From assembly GCA_951406725.2 (NCBI GenBank), contig OX597839.1, forward strand, positions 26,784,001 through 26,848,000: a stretch of 64,000 bases of DNA. Direction: 5' to 3'. Positions 1 to 12,056 of the stretch are shown here, piece after piece. Under the pieces are notes generated by a model that worked only from the letters and a program-made list of their open reading frames with translations, ran no database searches and had not been told where the DNA came from. The translations under genes and the position numbers were made by a program. The first letter of the stretch is position 1; every line of letters begins with the position of its first letter. The DNA is from Octopus vulgaris. Lineage: Eukaryota.

Positions 1-149
1 TGTGAGAGAGAGTTTGTGTGTGTGTGTGTGTGTGTTTGTGTGTGTTCATGAGAGAGAGAGAGTTTGTGTGTTTGAATAACATTTTGTGAGGATAAAAGAG
101 ATAGAGAGAAAAGGAGAGGTAAATAGATGGGGAGAGAGAAAGGCAGAAG

Positions 150-1018
150 GAGAGAGGCTGAGAGAGAGAGAGAGAGAGAGTGGCAGAGACACAAAGAGAG
201 AAAGAAAGGCAGAGAGATACAAAGAGAGAAAGAAAGGCAGAGAGAAAGAGAGTGGCAGAGAGACACAAAGAGAGAAAGTAAGGCAGAGAGATACAAAGAG
301 AGAAAGAAAGGCAGAGAGAAAGAGAGTGGCAGAGAGACACAAAGAGAGAAAGAAAGGCAGAGAGATACAAAGAGAGAAAGAAAGGCAGAGAGAAAGAGAG
401 TGGCAGAGAGACACAAAGAGAGAAAGAAAGGCAGAGAGATACAAAGAGAGAAAGAAAGGCAGAGAGAAAGAGAGTGGCAGAGAGACACAAAGAGAGAAAG
501 AAAGGCAGAGAGAAAGAGAGTGGCAGAGAGATACAAAGAGAGAAAGAAAGGCAGAGAGAGAGAGAGTGGCAGAGAGACACAAAGAGAGAAAGAAAGGCAG
601 AGAGATACAAAGAAAGAAAGAAAGGCAGAGAGACACAAAGAGAGAAAGAAAGACAGAGAGATACAAAGAGAGAAAGAAAGGCAGAGAGACACAAAGAGAG
701 AAAGAAAGGCAGAGAGATACAAAGAGAGAAAGAAAGGCAGAGAGATACAAAGAGAGAAAGAAAGGCAGAGAGACACAAAGAGAGAAAGAAAGGCAGAGAG
801 ATACAAAGAGAGAAAGAAAGGCAGAGAGATACAAAGAGAGAAAGAAAGGCAGAGAGACACAAAGAGAGAAAGAAAGGCAGAGAGATACAAAGAGAGAAAG
901 AAAGGCAGAGAGATACAAAGAGAGAAAGAAAGGCAGAGAGACACAAAGAGAGAAAGAAAGGCAGAGAGAGAGAGAGAGTGGCAGAGAGACACAAAGAGAG
1001 AGAGTGAGAGAGAGAGAT
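150..1018. repeat. Purine-rich minisatellite, ~28-bp unit GGCAGAGAGA(T/C)ACAAAGAGAGAAAGAAA
   Basis: Directly visible tandem units with an occasional GAGAAAGAGAGT insert; explains the R/E/K and S/L/F ORFs. Confidence 0.95.
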
Positions 1019-1140
1019 TGTGTGGGGTGCAGAGTGGAATCCCCAAAGTCCCTACTCTCCAAGAATTGTGTCTCCCTACATGACTGTCCAGGAATGCTTC
1101 CAACCTCAATCTCCCATTTTCTTGTCCCTTGTTGTTCCAG

Positions 1141-1232
1141 TTGCTCTGCGGAACGCCCAAAGACGGATGCGACTGGCCAAGGAAAAAGCCATTGTGATGC
1201 GAGACTACCAATCCGAAAACACCGAAGCCTGA
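1141..1232 (+). CDS. Candidate terminal coding exon (..ALRNAQRRMRLAKEKAIVMRDYQSENTEA*), gene unknown
   Basis: Pyrimidine tract plus CAG acceptor (ctcccattttcttgtcccttgttgttccag) ends at 1140, followed by complex GC-balanced open sequence to TGA 1230-1232; no family recognised. Confidence 0.35.
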
Positions 1233-1796
1233 TTCCAGGGGAGACTTCTTGCTTCCGTTCTTTAATTCTTAAAACCTGAAGCTTTGGAATTCTCCGCCAC
1301 TTGCATGATGACTCAAAGAGAAGAGAGGATTTTGGTCGACTATGAACAACCGGATAATCATGGTGGACACCAGCAGAATTATTTGTTTTTATTGTTGAAT
1401 GTATTGGAGTGGTGTGTGTGTGTGTACGTGTGTGAATATGTTTGTGTCTATATATGTATTTGTGTATGTATATGTGTGTTAGTATATGTGTACATATGTG
1501 TGTGTGTGTGTGTGTGTTTGTATGTGTGTGTACATGTGTGAATATGTTTGTGTCTATATAGGTATTTGTGTATGTATATGTGTGTTAGTATATGTGTGTT
1601 AGTATATGTGTACATATGTGTGTGTACGTGTGTGAATACGTTTGTGTCTATATATGTATCTGTGTATGTATATGTGTGTTAGTATATGTGTACATATGTG
1701 TTTGTGTGTGTGTGTGTGTGCATATATACACTCACACATATATACATAATATAATATATATATGTGTATATATGTATGTGTGTATGTATGTGTGTT

Positions 1797-2228
1797 GTGG
1801 CTGTGTGGTAAGAAGTTGGCTTCCGAACCACATGGTTCTGGGTTCAGTTCCACTGCCTGGCACCTTGGACAAGTGTCTTCTACTAATAACCCGAGGCCAA
1901 CCCAAGCCTTTTGTGGGAATTCGGTACACGGAAACTGAAAGAAGCCCATCCTATATATGTATGTGTATGTTGCATGTATGTGTGTGTGTGTGTGTGTGTG
2001 TGCACGTGTGTATTTGTCCCCCACCACTGCTTGACAACCGGTGTTGGTTCATTCATGTCCCTGTAACCTAGTGCTTCTGCAAGAAGGGACTGATAGAATA
2101 TGCATAATACTTTAAAAAAAGAAAAGAAAAAATACTGGGGTTGATTTGTTTGACTGAATCGTTCAAGGCAGTGCTCCAGCATGGCCACAGTCTAATGACC
2201 AAAACAACTAAATGACAAAAAAGATAAG
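1797..2228 (+). mobile_element. SINE family A (tRNA-derived, internal TA/TG microsatellite), diverged copy
   Basis: A-box-like TGGCTGTGTGG, B-box-like GGTTCAGTTCC, tail GCAGTGCTCCAGCATGGCCACAGTC; matches 45853 and 54602 copies. Confidence 0.85.
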
Positions 2229-2260
2229 AGATGTAGGTATTATATATACGTGTATACATG

Positions 2261-2324
<64 letters not shown>

Positions 2325-2325
<1 letters not shown>

Positions 2326-3837
2326 AGTAGTTGAATGAATTATCTTATTATGGATAATTCAGTTAACCGATACCTGGGTAGCAAATTCACGTCAGAAAAA
2401 CACGGTTGAAGCTACATGCCAAGGGCAGAGATCACGTGTTCTCGTGTGGAAATTTGTATGTTTTTTTAAATACAAATAAATGAAAGAATGGAGTTGAACG
2501 ATGAATTAACAAAATTCCTTTATTTTATTTTCAACATATTGTTGTGAGTTCAACTTAAGGACAGAGCCGGCGACCTACTTTGGGGATGAATCCATTCTGC
2601 CTGATGCGGGTTGATTAATTGGCTCTGGGGAAGCTCCCCGACCCTGTCAGGTGAATTAGAGTTCAGTTTGTGAGAGACAGTGAGAGAGGATGAGGGGTTG
2701 AGGAAGACATGTACATAGGACTAAGTGGCGATGGAGAGAGTATTACAGAGCTAAGAGAGAGAGAGATTGGGGTAGTGACAAGGCAGTCGAGGACAGAGCA
2801 AGTTGGATTTGGCAGTTGGTATTTGGGAGTCAAGGCGAGCAGTTGGATTTAGCAGTGAGGATTTGGTATTCAAGGCAAGCAGTTTAGCAGTTGGATTTAG
2901 CAGTGCTAAGAGAGATGAAGTACAATATGAGGCATTGGCTATTATAGTAGGAACTGAATGGTATGTGTTAATTGTTGTATTGATATGTGAAGAAAAAGAA
3001 GGAAAGAGTTGTGGTATTTATGTAAAAGAGAACTGTGTAATGAACATTGTTTATGTTGTTGATGGTTATAAAGAAAAGGCTAAAGAGAACTGTAAAAGAA
3101 ATGAGACAGTAAAAAGAATCGATGTATCGAAATGTAAAAGAACTCTGAACTGTATCGTTGTTTTGAATTGATCTGATTTGAACATTATTTGATCTGAACT
3201 TATTTGTCTACGAACATTGTATGATGTATTGATTTGTTGTTTAATTCGACGTGTACTCTTGAAATGCTGTTGTTATTGCATATGTTGTTACTTGCTTGTA
3301 TTTACCTGATGTATCTGATATGTAATTGATGTTGTAACAATTATAAAGTGTTATAAACTAGTACGTTAAATGTAAGCCAATTGCCTTCTTTGTGTCTCTC
3401 GATTGCCTCTGTGTCTCTTCCTGCTGCTGTTGTTGTAGTTGTTGTCTCTCTCTCCTCTCCGAGTTTCCGTGGCGAACATTCGCTGATCGATCGGGCCTGT
3501 GTGAGGGATTCCGTAACAGCTTTCGTTCGACGGAGGTCCCCCCGTAACAATATGTTTCGAAGGCTGCATATTCCTAATTTCGAAGGAATAAGGGGTGCAT
3601 TATGCCGCCTTCTCATCAGGAAAAGTAAGGAACTTATGTCAGCATCAAGATGCACAAAAGTTTTAGATGTCTGCCCACACGGAGCCCATAGCTATGGGCT
3701 CCGTGTGGGCAGACAAGGCGGCATAATGCACCCCTTATTCCTTCGAAATTAGGAATATGCAGCCTTCGAAACATATGTTGAAAATAAAATAAAGGAATTT
3801 TGTTAATTCGTCGTTCAACTCCATTCTTTCATTTATT

Positions 3838-3841
<4 letters not shown>
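2325..3841 (-). mobile_element. Penelope-like pLTR/retrozyme-type non-coding element in head-to-head inverted arrangement, interrupted by a solo LTR
   Basis: 2325-2539 plus 3550-3691 is the reverse complement of 56003-56360; 3716-3841 is an inverted partial copy; perfect 48-bp palindrome at 3667-3714; flanked by (TA)n; carries a hammerhead core. Confidence 0.7.
2540..3549. mobile_element. Solo LTR (Ty3/Gypsy-like), 1010 bp
   Basis: Starts TGTTGTG, ends CGTAACA, with 4-bp TSD ATAT (2536-2539, 3550-3553); the empty site CAACATATGTTTCG is shown by the inverted copy at 3767-3780. Confidence 0.8.
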
Positions 3842-3884
<43 letters not shown>

Positions 3885-4173
3885 GATAAATTGAGGCACT
3901 CAGTGTAAAAACAAATTTGGTTGACTAAATCAAAGAATTAAATACCATTATTAGGCACCAACAAATGCCAGGGGAATGAATATCCAAGGTGCATGACAAA
4001 TTTAGACATGTTTAGAAGAATTTCAAGAAATTTGGAGCCGAAGACCACAAGAATAATAATGGAGAAAGTCACGTCTTTAATTGGTGACTACACCATATAT
4101 TATCAACGAGCGTTTCTACGGTGCCACCGTCTTTAGATACAGGAAAGAACTATAAGATACTTGGCAAATTAAT

Positions 4174-4491
4174 GTGGAGGCATATGGCCTAGTTGTTAGA
4201 GCAGTGGACTTGTGGTCGAGGGATCGCAGGTTCGAATCTTAGACCGGGCGGTGTGTGTGTTTATTAGTGAAACACCTAAGCTCCACGTGGCTCCGGCAGA
4301 AGGTAATGGTGAACTTCTGCTGACTCTTTTGCCACAACTTTCCCTCACTCTTTCCTCCTGCATCTTGCAGCTCACCTGTAATAGACCGGCATCCTGAAAT
4401 GGTGGGGAACCTATATGCCAGTGAAACCAGGGAAACCAGGAAACTGGCCCTTATGAGCCAGGTATGGCTCCGGAAGGCACAAACAACAACA
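4174..4491 (+). mobile_element. SINE family C, alternative-tail variant ending in (CAA)n
   Basis: tRNA-like head TGGCCTAGTTGTTAG..GGTTCGAATC and body CACCTAAGCTCCACG; tail resembles the 59246 copy. Confidence 0.8.
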
Positions 4492-4755
4492 AGTCACTGA
4501 AAGTGTATGCTGACACAACGTTATCAAGACAATTGAAAATGGGTTAAATTCAAAATGAAGTCAGAAAATATCTTTACCAGACGAATGCCTGCAAAAAGAA
4601 TATCAAGAACAAATAGAATGTTCTAAGAAAAGTCAGTTAAGTGTTTAATTTTTGATGATGTCAGGAGATAACGAAAGAATAAAAAAATAAATGTATAGTG
4701 TAGTCACCAATTAAAGTTGTGATTTCCCCCCATTCTTATTCTTGTTATGTATATA

Positions 4756-5122
<367 letters not shown>

Positions 5123-5212
5123 CATGCAATGCATATGAAGGAGCCTTGAATCTAGGTTAGAAACTGACCCTTTCTCAATTGGCAAGAAATCTTGAAATAA
5201 AACTGAACAATG

Positions 5213-5241
<29 letters not shown>

Positions 5242-5243
<2 letters not shown>

Positions 5244-5674
5244 AGGGGGTGCTGAAAAGTTCCTGACTCTAAAGGTGTTGTGAAAGACCTGGCTGGAACC
5301 CCATATCCTTCTGAGTTCTTTTACATGGCTTAAAAAAAAACTGAAGGACCCCTGCACTAAGTGTATGAACCTGAGAGGGGAATATTTTGGATAAAATCAT
5401 ATTTAACTCATCCTCCGGGAACTTTTCAGTGGCCTCTTGTATATGTGTGTGTGTGTGTATTTATATATACAAAGGGGGTGCTGAAAAGTTCCTGGTTTTA
5501 AGGGTATTGCAAAAGGCCTAGTTGTAGGCCCACCCTCCTGAGTTCTTTTACAGGACTTAGAAAAACTGAAGGACCGCTGCAATAAATGTATGAATCTGAG
5601 TAGGAAATCTCTTCAATAAAATCATAATTAACTGATTCTCTTGCATTTTCTTTTACCCAAAGGCAGGAACCCCT

Positions 5675-5678
<4 letters not shown>
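5242..5678. mobile_element. Two adjacent Tc1/mariner-type MITEs (5242-5439, 5470-~5678)
   Basis: TIR GAGGGGGTGCTGAAAAGTTCC / GGAACTTTTCAG..CCTC with TA flanks; same family as 60142-60359. Confidence 0.75.
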
Positions 5679-5720
<42 letters not shown>

Positions 5721-5737
5721 GTTTGGAAAACTCATAT

Positions 5738-5832
5738 GTGTTTTGGCTGATGAATACGGGACACTTGTATTTGCTGCAATATTTGCAGCTTTTAATAAAT
5801 CTGTTCTTCGTATGAAACAATTGTACTGAACA
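5738..5832 (+). ncRNA. Type-I hammerhead ribozyme candidate (GUA)
   Basis: CTGATGA 5747-5753, stem II ATACG/CGTAT with inner GCTGCAA/TTGCAGC hairpin, GAAAC-AATT-GTA 5814-5825, wobble-rich stem I; lies between two (TA)n tracts. Confidence 0.65.
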
Positions 5833-5859
5833 ACTAATCCATTCTTGTTGCTTTTTTCT

Positions 5860-5907
<48 letters not shown>

Positions 5908-5914
5908 TAATAAT

Positions 5915-6086
5915 AATCCATTCTACTATAGGCACAAAGACTGAAATTCTGGGGGAAGGGAACAGTTGATCCTTTTGGCCCCAGCACTCAACTGGTACTT
6001 TTTTCATTGACCGTCAAAGGATGAAAGGCAAAGTTGACCTTGGCAGATTTTGTGCTCAGAATGTAAAGAACAAAATGTTGCTAAGC
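5915..6086 (-). mobile_element. SINE family B, (ATT)n-tailed variant, head replaced by a LINE 3' end
   Basis: GGATGAAAGGCAAAGTTGACC core; tail abuts (TAA)n at 5878-5917. Confidence 0.75.
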
Positions 6087-7140
6087 TTTTATTAACCACG
6101 GGGGCATAAATGAGGGGCACATCACCAAGGACAGACAACGTGCGGGGGATTTACTTAAAGGCTGGGGGAGAAAGAAACGGAAAAGATAGTGAAAATGCGA
6201 TAAAAATATTTTACAGAATATAGAAACTATGTGACAGCATGAATGATGGCAGTCCGATACAGGAGAAACTCCAACTAGGGCCAATCAAGGAACCCCACAG
6301 ATCCAGGATCACCCTGACCACCAAAGGTACAAGCCCTGTCTCCTCCTCTCCAATTGACAGGTGCTTACTTGGAGTAGGGCCATTCACTCTATTTTTGTCA
6401 CAGTCACCCTTCATCTCACAAATTCACTGGGAGGTAGCACTTCTCTCCCCACCCTCACTTTCCTTTCCATGTGAAACTTTAAGAAGTCGATGAGAGAGTC
6501 TGAGCGAAGAGAATGGTGTCTTTTGTCAATCTTCTCAGCCTCATCCACTGCAAAACTCTTTCACCAAAGCCCCTAACTAGACAGAGGGAAAGCACCTGCC
6601 CTGCATTGTTAAAAGGTGGGTGGTGGGGCAATCCTCACGATGGACTTGGCCGTTAGCCCCGGATTCGTCCCACACATAATAACAACTGTTCAACATAATT
6701 CCACAATTCAGCAGAACGGTTTCATCACTGTGCATGTGTATCGGACAGTCTCACCTGACAGCGCTTTCCATGCCTGTACAGTTTATCTTGAACTGGCAGT
6801 GCTCCTTGGGGGATTTCTGGAATTTATCCACGGTTGTACCAGATCTGAATGTCTTCTGAAATAGAACAGCCAGTTTATCCTTGCAGAGGCCTTAGAGTTT
6901 TCCACGAGAACATCATCGCTCTTAACCTCCGTTAGATTTCTATATATTGTTACTGAAGAACTTCCACTGACCGTATTGTCCAATTTGTAAGAGCAGTGAG
7001 TGCCTGATGACATTCCTGATGTCAGGCGCTTAATCTTGGGCTTTTCTTGACCCAGGGTTGCAGGTCTGTCAAAGAGATGAGCTGCAGAAATGCATGTCTT
7101 AGCAATGTGGCTGAATCGGTGGAGCATAAAAAACCCCACC
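6085..7140 (-). mobile_element. Decayed 3' part of a Tx1/L1-clade LINE (ORF2 C-terminus plus 3' UTR)
   Basis: Minus-strand frames give QGALPVQDKLYRHG, DCPIHMHSDETVL (zf-RVT-like), AELWNYVEQLL, SIVRIAPPPTF and LIDFLKFHMERKVRV, with frameshifts; ends GTGGTTAATAAAAA. Confidence 0.7.
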
Positions 7141-7269
7141 AAAACATGCATTTTTCTGGCTCTTTATGTTCTGAGTTCAAATTCTGCTGAGGTCGAGTTT
7201 TGTTTTTAATTCCTCCTGGGTCCATAAAATAAAGTAGGTAGCACTGGAATGGCTTTCATTTTAACACTT

Positions 7270-9566
7270 CATTCCATAACCACTACAACTACTACTACTA
7301 CCACCATTGCAACCAGCTCTACGATCACCACCACAACCACCGCTAGAATCACCACTACTACCACCACCACAACTTCTACAACAACCACTGCAATTCCCAT
7401 GATGACCACCACAACCACTGCCACTACCACCACAATCACCACAACCACCACCACCACCACCACCACCACCACCACCACCACCACCACCACCACCATCACC
7501 ACCTCCACCACAACTACCACAACCACCACCACTACCATCACCACCTCCACCACAATCACCACCACTACCACAACCACCACCACTACCATCACCACCACCA
7601 CAACCACCACCACTACCATCACCACCTCCACGACAATCACCACAACCACCACTACCACAACCACCACCACTACCATCACCGCCTCCACAACCACCACCAC
7701 TACTATCACCACCTCCACCACAACCACCACAACCACTACCACTACCATCACCACCTCCACCACAACCACCACAACCACCACCTCCACCACAACCACCACC
7801 ACTACCACCACCACCACCACCACAATCACCACAACCACCACAACCACTACCACTACCATCACCACCACCACAACCACCACCACTACCATCACCACCTCCA
7901 CCACCACCACTACCATCACCACCTCCACGACAATCACCACAACCACCACTACCACAACCACCACCATCACCACCTCCACCACCACCACCACTACCACTAC
8001 CACCATCTCCACCAGAACCGCCACCACAACCACTACAACCACTACCGCAATTTCCAGCACCCCCCCCACTATCCCCCCCTCCGCCGCCGCCGCCGTAACT
8101 TCAACACCAACAATAAACAGTACACAACATGTTTTCCATGTTATTCAATCTTGAGATAAAAAACCGCATCTCTGTTGTTGTTGTTGTTGTTGTTGTTGTT
8201 TGTTTGACGATCAAGAAAAAAACACAAAGGCATTGTTGTTGTTGTTTGCTGGTTGTTATTGTTGTTGCTGCTGATGTTGTTCGTGTTTATTGTCTGTTCA
8301 TGATGATGATGGTGGTGGTGATGGTTAGAATAAAATCGATGTAAACGTTGCTGCTACTGATGATGATGATGATGATGATAATGGGAGTGTTGTTGCTTGT
8401 GTTGTCCTTGGTGGTAGTGGCGACGGCGATGTCGGTGTCGGTGGTGGTGGTGGTGGTGATGACGTGTACGATGACAATGACCGGTGGTGATGTTATGATG
8501 ATGGTGATGATGATGGTGGTGGTGATGGAGATTATGAATTTGAAGAGAATAGTGATGACGATCGTGTTGGTAGCGATAATGATGATGATGATGGTGATGG
8601 TAATGATGACGGTGATGATGATGGTGTTGATGATGGTGTTGATGATAACGATGATGATGGTGATGATGATCGTATTGGTAGTGATGATGATGGTGATGGT
8701 GTTGATGGTAATAAAAATGATGATGATGATGATGATGATGATGCTGTGTTGAAAATGGGATGATGATAATGATGATGATGGTGTTGAAGATGGTGCTGAT
8801 GGTGGTGCCGTGGTCCAAAATAGGCAACTGAGATAAATTTGCAGCTGGAAAAAAGCTGAGAACCCATGAAACCATTGGAGAGTGATAAGACACGGAAAAA
8901 GTGGGTTATTTAAGAAGGCCCCGCCGACGACGACCACCACCAACAACACCAACACCACCACCACCACCACTACAACCATCACCACCACCACCACTACCAC
9001 CACCATTACTACCACAATCACCGCCACTATCCCTCCAAATCACCAATAACACCACCATCACTACCATCACTACCACCACCACCACCACCACCATCAATAT
9101 CACCATCACCACCACCACCACTACTACCACCATTACTACTACCACCATCACTACTACCACCACCACCACTAACACCACCACCACCACCACCATCAATACC
9201 ACCATCACTACCACCACCACTACTACCACCACTACCACCATCACTACCACTACCACCATCGCCACCTCCACCACCCCTAACACCACCAACACTACCACCA
9301 CCACAGTCACCTCAACCACCAACGCAATTCCCACTACAATCACAACCACTACCACCACCATCACCACTTCCGCCGCCACCACTAACTACTGCTATAAACC
9401 ATCATCATCATCACCACTACCACAACCATGACCAACACTACTGTCTCCTCCTCTTCCTTCACCTCCTCTTCCTCCCCTCCTTCATCACCGCCACCGCCGC
9501 CGCCGCCACGACCACCACCCTCATGGCTAGTATACCACAGACACTTCCATCTCTATCATCACCATC
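7270..9566. repeat. Trinucleotide low-complexity block: (ACC)n 7270-8100, (GTT/GAT/GGT)n 8172-8810, (ACC)n 8925-9566
   Basis: Direct; yields the poly-T/V/M/H ORFs in several frames. Confidence 0.9.
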
Positions 9567-9957
9567 AGTACGTATGTATATATATATATATATATATGTT
9601 TGTGTGTGTGCGTGCGTATTTGCGTGAGTGCATGGTTTTTTTTTGTTTTTTTTTTATCTAGTTTCAGCTCACGAGCTGTGGCCATGCTGGTGTGTTCTTG
9701 TCTATTTTTAATTATTTGAAATCTTGTCAGGAAGGAACTGGTTTCTAACAAAGACACAAACTTCCATCGTTGGAATGTAGATAAGAGAAACGATGTCACA
9801 CTTTAAACTTGAGAAAGTCTTGCATATCTTTACTGTTCCTCTTACAGATCGTATTTGTAAACTATGAGTCATTTGGTTGATTTCTTTTTCTGAGGATCCA
9901 AGCTGATCCAGACCGACAGTTAAGCATTTACTTACAAAACCAAGTAAAGAATAAATG

Positions 9958-10275
9958 GTAAAAACCCGCTTCGGTCATGAATGACCATAGAATTGCACCT
10001 AGAAAGTTCCCCTCCGAGGCACAGGTCTGGTCAAGATTGTTTAAGGAAGACCAGCAGTTGGCCCTGCATACCAGCCTCTCCTCTCCTCACCACTGACGTT
10101 ATCCAAGGGAAAGGCAAAGGGGCCAATACAGCTTGGCACCAGTGACGTCGCAACTCATTTCTACAGTTGAGTTAACTGGAGCAACGTGAGATAAAGAGTC
10201 TTGCTCAAGAACACAACACAAAGCCTGGTCCAAGAATCAAACTCACTATGTTCTAACCACTGAGATCTGCGCCTT
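9958..10275 (-). mobile_element. SINE family D
   Basis: Reverse complement matches 43195-43538 (TTGTGTTCTTGAGCAAGAC, GTCACTGGTGCCAAGCTGTAT, GGTCATTCAT). Confidence 0.8.
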
Positions 10276-10323
10276 CTCAAAACTAAGTGCGCCAATTATT
10301 ATTGGTAAAAATGTGGATTTATA

Positions 10324-10706
10324 TAGGAGCACTCCGTCGGTTACGACGATGAGGGTCCCAGCTGATACGATCAACGGAACAGCTTGCTCGTGGAATTAAC
10401 GTGCAAGTGGCTGAGCATTCCACAGACACGTGTACCCTTAACGTAGTTCTCGAGGAGATTCAGCGTGACACAGAGAGTGACAAGGCCGGCCCTTTTGAAA
10501 TACAGGTACAACAGAAACAGGAAGTAAGAGTGAGAGAAAGTTGTGGTGAAAGAGTACAGCAGGGTTCACCCCCCCTGCAGGAGCCTCGTGGAGCTTTTAG
10601 GTGTTTTCACTCAATAAACACTCACAATGCCCGGTCTGGGAATTGAAACCGCGATCCTACGACCGCGAGTCCGCTGCCCTAACCACTGGGCCATTGCGCC
10701 TCCACT
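10324..10706 (-). mobile_element. SINE family C (tRNA-Arg-like head), full length
   Basis: 14-bp TSD AATGTGGATTTATA (10310-10323, 10707-10720); A and B boxes; near-identical to 22908 and 58603 copies. Confidence 0.92.
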
Positions 10707-11221
10707 AATGTGGATTTATAATCTGGATACAGAAGTTGGAGGGTTTCAAAACTGTCGTCCATTGTTATCATCTCTCTCATTGGTTTTTGTTATGTCGCAC
10801 ATTCGGATGACCCCTACTCAACTCTACTCTGCTACTCTCTCTCTCTTCTGACGTCTCGGCTTCTCCCTCTATATCTACGCATTGGGCTAACCCTACTTCA
10901 TCGTCTGGGGGCGTCCACACAACAGTTTTTAAAGAGATATTCATACCATCAGCACAGCTGGCCTCTATGATGGTACGTACTTATTCTTGTCTGTCCCAAA
11001 TAACAATATCCAGCCTTTTATCTTTGCACTTTGCACTTGATAGAAGTTCCCATGGGAATGTTCCACCAAAATTCCTTGTGTCGATGCTGGTTTACATATT
11101 CAATAACAGAGAGAGGGGTGTTGCCTCAATATTTATTCCATGAATAACCGAATTCTTTTCATTTGTATTTTTTTTCCCCTTAACAATTCTACTAGTTCCC
11201 CGCCTGAAGACAGTTTTATTT

Positions 11222-12056
11222 ATTGGTTCCAAATTTTGGCAGAAGGCCAACAATTTCGGTAGAAGGGGGTCAGTTGACTGCATAGGCCCCAGTGCAAAAC
11301 TGGTACTTATTTTATCGACTTCGAAAGGATGAAAGGCAAAGTCGATCTCAGCGGAATTTGAACTCAGATCGTAAAAAACGGACGAAATGCCGCCTAGCAT
11401 TTCGCCCGGTGTTAACCATTCCATAAACTCGTCGCCGAAAGACAAATTTTGGCCCAAGGCCAGCGATTTCGGGGGAGTGGGTAAGTCGATTACAATGACC
11501 CCAGTGCTCAACAGGTGTTTATTTCATCGTCCCCGAAAGGTAAAGTCGATCTCGGTGGCATTTGAACTCAGGACGTAAAGACAGACGAAATGCCGCTAAG
11601 CATTTTACCCGGTGTGCTAACGAATCTGCCAGCTCGCTGCCTTTATAATAATAATAATAATAATAATCCTTTTTATTAAAGGCCTGGAATTTTGGTGGGG
11701 AGGGGTTAAATCTATTAGATCGACCAGTACTCAACTGCTACTTAATTTATCGACCCCGAAAGGATGAGAGGCAAAGTCGACCTCGGCGGAATTTGAACTC
11801 AGAACGTAACGGCAGACGAAATACCTATTTCTTTACTACCCACAAGGGGCTACACACAGAGGGGACAAACGAGGACAGACAAACGGATTAAGTCGATTAT
11901 ATCGATCCCAGTGCGTAACTGGTACTTAATTTATCGACCCCGAAAGGATGAAAGGCAAAGTCGACCTCGGCGGAATTTGAACTCAGTACGTAGCGGCAGA
12001 CGAAATACCGCTAAGCATTTCGCCCAACGTGCTAACGTTTCTGCCAGCTCGCCACC
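11222..12056 (-). mobile_element. Tandem/nested cluster of four SINE family B copies
   Basis: Repeated GAAAGGATGAAAGGCAAAGTCGACCTCGGCGGAATTTGAACTCAG; both tail types present. Confidence 0.9.

Noticed and set aside
46-1083. Long R/E/K-rich and S/L/F-rich ORFs
   Set aside because: Translations of a GA minisatellite, open in several frames on both strands
4047-4745. Hammerhead in the inverted-repeat element (4047-4100 / 4690-4745)
   Set aside because: Core reads CTAAAGA and stem I does not pair; at most a decayed PLE end
7249-8154. Mucin-like Thr-rich 301-aa ORF
   Set aside because: Almost entirely (ACC)n with no convincing signal peptide or domain; similar tracts nearby lie on both strands
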